Source: Candidatus Bathyarchaeota archaeon
GTDB lineage: Archaea > Thermoproteota > Bathyarchaeia > Bathyarchaeales > Bathycorpusculaceae
Reading direction: 5' to 3'
Assembly: GCA_963782525.1 (NCBI GenBank)
Contig: CAWAKC010000001.1
Coordinates: forward strand, 512,001-576,000
Length of the DNA stretch: 64,000 nt
How positions within the stretch are numbered: position 1 is the stretch's first letter; each line of letters begins with the position of its first letter. The notes beneath the pieces are model-generated. The model was not told the origin of the DNA. It worked only from the letters and a program-made list of their open reading frames with translations, and made no database searches. Position numbers and translations under genes: made by a program. Positions 58,439 through 64,000 of this stretch are shown piece by piece.

Positions 58439-59821
58439 TTGAAATATGATGTGATAATTGTAGGAGCAGGTCCAGCAGGCATTTTCTCAGCACTTGAGCT
58501 AACGGAGAAAACAAACCTCAACGTCATCGTTATCGACAGAGGCGCTGACATCGACAAACGCAAATGCCCCTCTAAACGAGGCTTTGAATGTGTCCACTGT
58601 GAACCGTGCTCCGTTCTTAGCGGTTGGGGCGGCGCAGGCGCTTACAGTGACGGCAAACTCACCCTATCAACCGAAGTTGGCGGTTGGCTAAACCAGTATG
58701 TTTCAACCAAGGAACTTGCTGAACTGGTAAAATATTGCGACGGCATCTACCTCAAGTTCGGCGCAAGCGAACAAGTCTACGGCGGCGAAAACAAGGAGAT
58801 AGATGAAATCGAACGCCAAGCCTCCCTTGCTGGTCTTAAACTTATCAAGCAAGAAGTTCGCCACATGGGCACTGATAAATGTCTTGAAACCCTTCAGCGG
58901 ATGCGGAAATATCTCAATGACAAAATAACTTTTCTGCCTAAAACAGAAGTGAAAGGGCTCATCGCTGAAAACCACACCATTCAAGGAGTCGAAACCGTCG
59001 ATGGCGCGAAAATCATGGGTAAATACGTCATCATCGCCCCGGGCAGAGGTGGTGCAGAGTGGCTTCAAACTGAAGCTCAAATCCGTGGCTTGAAGACCGT
59101 TAACAACCCAGTTGATATCGGTGTGCGTGTGGAGCTTTTGGCCTCTATAATGGAGAAGCTTACCAAAGTTCTCTATGAACCTAAACTTCTCTATTTTTCA
59201 CGTTCTTTTGATGACCAAGTGCGCACTTTCTGTGTGTCCCCCTATGGTGAAGTTACCACTGAATCCTACGACGGCGTCTTAACTGTCAACGGCGGTAGTC
59301 AAGCAGAGACTAAAACAGCCAACACCAACTTCGCTATACTTGTCAGTACATCATTTACGGAGCCATTTAAGGAACCAATTGCCTACGGCAAATACATCGC
59401 TAGACTCTCAAATCTACTCAGCGGCGGCGTCATGGTGCAGCGGCTCGGCGACCTCAACCATGGCAGACGTAGCACCCCCGAGCGACTTGCACATAGCGTT
59501 TTGACACCCACCCTCAAAAACGCCACGCCGGGAGATCTAAGCTTTGTTTTGCCTTATCGCTACCTCACTGACATTCGTGAAATGCTTGAAGCTCTCGACA
59601 AAATTGCTCCAGGCGTTGCCTCACCCGAAACATTACTCTACGGCGTCGAAGTCAAATTCTATTCCTCGCACCTTCTACTCAACAATGCATTGGAAAGCAA
59701 AATCCAAAACATGTTTACTATTGGCGATGGCGCAGGCGTCACCCGCGGCTTAATCCAAGCGTCCGCTTCAGGAATCATCGTTGCAAGAGAAATTCTCAAA
59801 CGAGAAAAACTGAAGGCTTAA
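58439..59821 (+). CDS. FAD-dependent oxidoreductase (uncharacterised family)
   Basis: GAGPAG, Cys cluster, GWGGAGAYSDGKL, GDGAGVTRGL. Confidence 0.9.
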   Translation: MKYDVIIVGAGPAGIFSALELTEKTNLNVIVIDRGADIDKRKCPSKRGFECVHCEPCSVLSGWGGAGAYSDGKLTLSTEVGGWLNQYVSTKELAELVKYCDGIYLKFGASEQVYGGENKEIDEIERQASLAGLKLIKQEVRHMGTDKCLETLQRMRKYLNDKITFLPKTEVKGLIAENHTIQGVETVDGAKIMGKYVIIAPGRGGAEWLQTEAQIRGLKTVNNPVDIGVRVELLASIMEKLTKVLYEPKLLYFSRSFDDQVRTFCVSPYGEVTTESYDGVLTVNGGSQAETKTANTNFAILVSTSFTEPFKEPIAYGKYIARLSNLLSGGVMVQRLGDLNHGRRSTPERLAHSVLTPTLKNATPGDLSFVLPYRYLTDIREMLEALDKIAPGVASPETLLYGVEVKFYSSHLLLNNALESKIQNMFTIGDGAGVTRGLIQASASGIIVAREILKREKLKA

Positions 59822-59825
59822 CCCT

Positions 59826-60572
59826 ATGGCTGCTGTGGCTCAGGAAATCAGGTGCTCACATTGCGGTGCCCCAGTCGAGTTCAAGCCAGGCGAACTATTC
59901 GCCACCTGCAAGTACTGCGGCTTCACAACCGTAATCGAAACAGGACAAGCCTTCACTTTTGACCATTCACTCCTCCTAAACAACTACTCTGAAGCACAAA
60001 TCGAAGATTTAGCGCGTGATTGGATGCGCTCCGGCTTCATGAAGCCGGGCGATTTAGCAAAAAAAGCGAAGCTATCCGAGAAAAACCTCGTTTATTTGCC
60101 GTTTTGGATTGTTTCAGCTAATGCTACAACCAAGTACAAAGGGATCTTCGAACGCATCTCCCCAGCGATTGTTAAGGAAGGACAAATCCAAAAAGAATAC
60201 AACTGGCTCGTTTTAGCAAGAGAAGCCTCAGGCTTTCCAACCCGTGAATACGGTGTTCCTTTAACGGGCAAGATTCCCTACGATTTCAGAAAAATTGAGG
60301 GTTTTGCCAAATTACTCAACAGCGAAATGACTCGTGAAGAAGCTTTAGAGATTGCTAAGCAACAGATAGAAGCACTGCACCGTTTTCTGCTTAAGCAGGA
60401 CATAGATAAAATCGTTGAAGCTACCACAACAATCAACCTAAAACAGATGGTTTACTTGCATGCACCTGCATGGTTCATAAAATACGAGTACAAGAACGCC
60501 AACTACCAAATGATTGTGGATGGAGCAACGGGTATGATTTTGAAGGGCGATATACCCTCTTCCAAGTTCTAA
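59826..60572 (+). CDS. Zn-ribbon protein, YdjG-like
   Basis: CSHCGAP...CKYCG, YLPFW, P.W...Y.Y......VDG.TG. Confidence 0.75.
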   Translation: MAAVAQEIRCSHCGAPVEFKPGELFATCKYCGFTTVIETGQAFTFDHSLLLNNYSEAQIEDLARDWMRSGFMKPGDLAKKAKLSEKNLVYLPFWIVSANATTKYKGIFERISPAIVKEGQIQKEYNWLVLAREASGFPTREYGVPLTGKIPYDFRKIEGFAKLLNSEMTREEALEIAKQQIEALHRFLLKQDIDKIVEATTTINLKQMVYLHAPAWFIKYEYKNANYQMIVDGATGMILKGDIPSSKF

Positions 60573-60641
60573 ACTGCTTTAATAAACTTTAAAAGCAACC
60601 CCTTTTTTATAACGAGATGCAAATATTGGAGGATTTAGTAA

Positions 60642-61181
60642 ATGAGCGAAAATAACGATGTATATGCCCAAGCAAAAAGTCAGATGCGGCTTTCAGAACG
60701 CATAGCTGCGGCACTTCCAGGGTTCCGAGGATATAAAGAGAAGGAACTTCGCCGCGAATCAGACAAACTGATTAGGAATAACTTAACTCTTAAACTCTCC
60801 AAAGATAAGGATAACGTCCGAAGCATCGCCCAGCGAATAGCTGATAAACGTTATCTGGATGTTTTACCAGACATTGATAGGTTAACTGCAAAGATGGATC
60901 GCATAACTGAAAAAGTTAATCATGCATCGTACGGTTACGCTGGCTTCTATGATCTTGTCAAAATCAAGGAAGAAAACCTTGACAAAATGATAACCTTCGA
61001 CAACCAACTCCTCGATGAAGTTGACGCCTTAACCGCCAGCATCGAAGACCTAAAAACACAGCTGCTAAGCGGAAACTATTCAAACCTTAAAGACAAAATC
61101 CAGACTATCGCAGACAAGTTTGAGTTGCTCGAAGATACGTTCGATAAACGTGAACAAGTAATTTTAGGAGTGACAGCTTAA
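60642..61181 (+). CDS. All-helical hypothetical protein
   Basis: PGFRGY..KE.RRE.DK, A.YGYAGF.D..KI.E..L......D; GGAGG RBS. Confidence 0.8.
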   Translation: MSENNDVYAQAKSQMRLSERIAAALPGFRGYKEKELRRESDKLIRNNLTLKLSKDKDNVRSIAQRIADKRYLDVLPDIDRLTAKMDRITEKVNHASYGYAGFYDLVKIKEENLDKMITFDNQLLDEVDALTASIEDLKTQLLSGNYSNLKDKIQTIADKFELLEDTFDKREQVILGVTA

Positions 61182-62161
61182 TGCCGCAAGTAATTGAATG
61201 GACAAACGCGGGTGCAGACGCCATTGTTTGGCGTTATCCAAGCGAAGACATCACTTGGGGAGCCCAATTAATCGTACACGAATATGAAATGGCAGTGTTT
61301 TTCCGAGATGGCAAAGCATACGACGTCTTTGGACCCGGCAGGCACACCTTAACCACCCTAAACCTACCCATCCTGACAAGCCTTCTCACTCGGATAGCTG
61401 GTTTCGGCGGCAACAAACCTTTCAAAGCAACCGTCCTATACATCAGCACCAAAATCTTTGCTGGTAAATGGGGCACCAAAGCACAAACGACCGAACTTGC
61501 ACCATTGCAGACTTACGGGCAATTCTGGTTCAAAGTCGGCGATGCCTCACTCTTCGTCAATGAAGTCGTCGGTGGACAAAACGCTTATGACACAAACGCC
61601 GTCAACGATTTCTTGCGGGGCTTCTTAAACGAGAAAATAATCGATGAACTCAGCCACTACGACCTCATTACCGTGTTCACACGCTTAGACGAAACCTCCG
61701 TCATAGTCAAAAACTCCCTAATCGACTACTTCAAACGCGTCGGTATCGAACTAACCGACCTCAGATTCGAAGGCATCGACACCACACCCGAATACCGAGA
61801 GCGACTATTCTGGCTCAAAACCGGCCAAACCGCACCTGGAGACGTACTACGCATGGAAACCGTAAAGAGCGCAGCAGCAAGCCTTGGTCAAGGAGGTGGC
61901 TCAGGAGCCCTCGGCGCAGGCATGGTACTTATCCCACAAATCATGAGCCAACAAGGAACCCCACAGGCAGCACCCGCAGCGGCACTCGTTATCTGTCCCA
62001 AATGCGGAGAAAAAGTTCCAGCGACAAGCAAATTCTGCCCAAACTGCGGAACCAACCTAACTCCACCCTCAGAAAACGCGATGAAGTGCCCTAACTGCGG
62101 CAAATCCATACCTGCCAACAGCAAATTCTGTCCAGAGTGCGGATTCAAAATCGGCAGTTAA
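61181..62161 (+). CDS. SPFH/Band-7 domain protein with double Zn ribbon, YdjI-like
   Basis: QLIVHEYE.AVFFRDG, GPGRHTL.T.NLP, KWGT; CPKCG/FCPNCG and CPNCG/FCPECG; TAATG coupling. Confidence 0.88.
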   Translation: MPQVIEWTNAGADAIVWRYPSEDITWGAQLIVHEYEMAVFFRDGKAYDVFGPGRHTLTTLNLPILTSLLTRIAGFGGNKPFKATVLYISTKIFAGKWGTKAQTTELAPLQTYGQFWFKVGDASLFVNEVVGGQNAYDTNAVNDFLRGFLNEKIIDELSHYDLITVFTRLDETSVIVKNSLIDYFKRVGIELTDLRFEGIDTTPEYRERLFWLKTGQTAPGDVLRMETVKSAAASLGQGGGSGALGAGMVLIPQIMSQQGTPQAAPAAALVICPKCGEKVPATSKFCPNCGTNLTPPSENAMKCPNCGKSIPANSKFCPECGFKIGS

Positions 62162-62173
62162 GAGGAACCAGAA

Positions 62174-62512
62174 ATGAGTAGTAGCGACCGTCAACTGTTA
62201 AGCTTCGGCGTATTCCTCATCATTATAGTGGTAGGAATACTGCTGGCTGTTGCAGGAGTTATCGGCTGGGGCTTGTTTGTACCCATAGTCGCGGTGCTTT
62301 CAGGCTGCTGGATAATAGCTTTAGCTGGAATGCAAGCAGGTAAACAGCAGAAGTATGGGCGTGGAACATTCAGCACAATGGCATCTGGCGCCGGACTCAT
62401 CGCCCTCGGCGTGGCATGGTACCTGTTCAGCATTAACTGGATCTACTCGCTCATTATAATCCTGCTGGCAATTGCCGCTTTAGCGATTGCAACCGCACTA
62501 AGACGCAAATAA
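62174..62512 (+). CDS. Small 4-TM membrane protein
   Basis: Four hydrophobic helices; GAGGA RBS; last gene of the SPFH operon. Confidence 0.75.
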   Translation: MSSSDRQLLSFGVFLIIIVVGILLAVAGVIGWGLFVPIVAVLSGCWIIALAGMQAGKQQKYGRGTFSTMASGAGLIALGVAWYLFSINWIYSLIIILLAIAALAIATALRRK

Positions 62513-62585
62513 ACCGTTGAGCCTTTTTTGGCTCTAAACATTTTTCTATACCCTCGCACAGTCATGATGCAGAAGGCACGCTGGC

Positions 62586-64000
62586 ATGAGTGAAGAAACT
62601 ATCGGTCACGGCACATGGTACGACATGATGGCTAAGAAAGTCATCGAAAGAGAACAATCCCTAAACCGAGACATGAGCAGAGTCCGTACAGAGATGGGTC
62701 TTGGCGCCTCAGGTTTTCCGCACATAGGCAGTTTAGGCGACGCATCCCGCAGCTACGCCGTAACTTTAGCGCTCAAGAACCTGAACTGCAATTCTGAACT
62801 CGTTGCCTTCTGCGACGACAAAGACGGCTTACGCAAAGTTCCAGCAGGACTACCAGCAGACATGTCACAAAGCTTGGAGAAATACCTTGGGTACTCCGTC
62901 TCAAGCATCCCTGACCCGTTCGGCTGCCATGAAAGCTACGGCAAACACATGAGCTCACTACTGCTGGATGCTCTCGACAAATGTGGCATCGAATACAAGT
63001 ACTATTCAGCCCAGCAAGTCTACAAACAAGGCTTACTCCTCGATGAGATACGCACCATTCTAACCAACGCCAAAATAGTCGGCGAAATCGTCAAAGAAGA
63101 AGTAGGACAAGAAACCTACACCGAAGTTCTGCCGTTCTTCGCGGTCTGTGAAAAGTGTGGTCACCTCTACACAACCCGAGCCTACAAGTTTGACCCAAAA
63201 ACCGACAAGGTCTCCTACAAATGTGAAGGGCTTGAAATCCGAGGAAAATTAATCGCAGGTTGCGGCCACGAAGGCGAAGTGAACATAAAGAGCGGCGAAG
63301 GCAAACTTACTTGGAAGAGCGAATTTGCCGCCCGATGGAAGGCGTTGGACATTCGCTTTGAAGCTTACGGCAAAGACATTGCCGACTCCGTGCGCATAAA
63401 CGATCGCATCTGCCGCGAAGTCCTCTGCTTCGAGCCACCTTCCCATGCCAAATACGAGATGTTTCTGGATAAGGGTGGAAAGAAAATCTCCAAGTCAGCC
63501 GGCAACGTGTTCACGCCACAAGTTTGGTTCAATTATGGGTCGCCTCAATCGATGCTTTTGCTTATGCTCAAGCGGTTTGTGGGCACACGAACTTTAGATG
63601 TCTCTGATATTCCAGCATACATGAACGAAATCGACAACCTCGAAGATGTGTACTTCGGCAAAAAACAAGTCAACGAAAAAGAAGCTGCCAAACTCAAAGG
63701 CTTATACCTGTACTGCTTCGTCATGAAGCCGCCAGCTAAACCCAGCATACACGTTCCATACAACCTCATGGCATTCCTAGTCAAGATGGCACCCAAAGAA
63801 TGCATAAACGACTACGTCGCAGAGAAACTGCAGAGCTACGGTTACCTCCAGAAAAACCAAGCCCTCGACGCTGGTTTGCTAATGCGCATGGAATACGCTT
63901 TGAATTGGACACGGGATTTTGAAGAAATCAAAGAAACTGAAGTTGACCTAACTGCTGAAGAAAAGAAAGCCCTCACTGAACTCGTCACCAAACTTCAAAC
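62586..64000 (+). CDS. lysS: Class I lysyl-tRNA synthetase, truncated by window end (absent from ORF track)
   Basis: MSEETIGHGTW..., GASGFPHIGS, DDKDGLRKVP, IPDPFGCH.SY, FEAYGKD, KISKSAGN. Confidence 0.95.
   Translation, partial: MSEETIGHGTWYDMMAKKVIEREQSLNRDMSRVRTEMGLGASGFPHIGSLGDASRSYAVTLALKNLNCNSELVAFCDDKDGLRKVPAGLPADMSQSLEKYLGYSVSSIPDPFGCHESYGKHMSSLLLDALDKCGIEYKYYSAQQVYKQGLLLDEIRTILTNAKIVGEIVKEEVGQETYTEVLPFFAVCEKCGHLYTTRAYKFDPKTDKVSYKCEGLEIRGKLIAGCGHEGEVNIKSGEGKLTWKSEFAARWKALDIRFEAYGKDIADSVRINDRICREVLCFEPPSHAKYEMFLDKGGKKISKSAGNVFTPQVWFNYGSPQSMLLLMLKRFVGTRTLDVSDIPAYMNEIDNLEDVYFGKKQVNEKEAAKLKGLYLYCFVMKPPAKPSIHVPYNLMAFLVKMAPKECINDYVAEKLQSYGYLQKNQALDAGLLMRMEYALNWTRDFEEIKETEVDLTAEEKKALTELVTKLQ

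Noticed and set aside
1-64000. CRISPR arrays, IS elements, rRNA, tRNA introns, Sec/Pyl read-through
   Set aside because: No spaced repeats, transposase, rRNA or intron seen; redox genes have Cys codons and normal stops

Overview
Archaeal chromosomal window, mostly housekeeping. TFB, Alba, L7Ae/S28e/L24e/L40e, Gar1, class I LysRS and an Elf1-like protein indicate a TACK lineage; Bathyarchaeia is my inference from gene content, not a database result. It contains tRNA-iMet and tRNA-Gly(TCC), an oxidative-stress/redox island (PDO, FprA, rubrerythrin, SOD, Zn-ferredoxin, disulfide reductase, methanoredoxin-like Grx, FDR, Nth, Prx), an Mtd-type dehydrogenase, a DapL-type lysine operon, archease/RtcB, a glycogen cluster, TldD/E, EndoQ, an ABC exporter and an SPFH/Zn-ribbon operon. 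Reading the raw sequence showed elements absent from the ORF track: a C/D-box guide sRNA, a ferredoxin, rpl40e, lysS (cut by the window end), several small proteins including a 30-aa Lys-rich peptide with its own promoter and RBS, and a copA gene collapsed by a microhomology-bounded deletion. The ORF running through tRNA-Gly is probably an SSV-type integrase N-fragment. The best candidates for undescribed systems are the disulfide reductase-methanoredoxin-FDR thiol relay, the PspA-less ydjG/ydjI-like membrane operon, a ribophorin-I-like protein, a FYVE-spaced Zn-finger fusion and a putative PadR-TRASH copper regulon. No CRISPR array, rRNA or intact mobile element was seen. All assignments come from motif recognition by eye; no searches were run.
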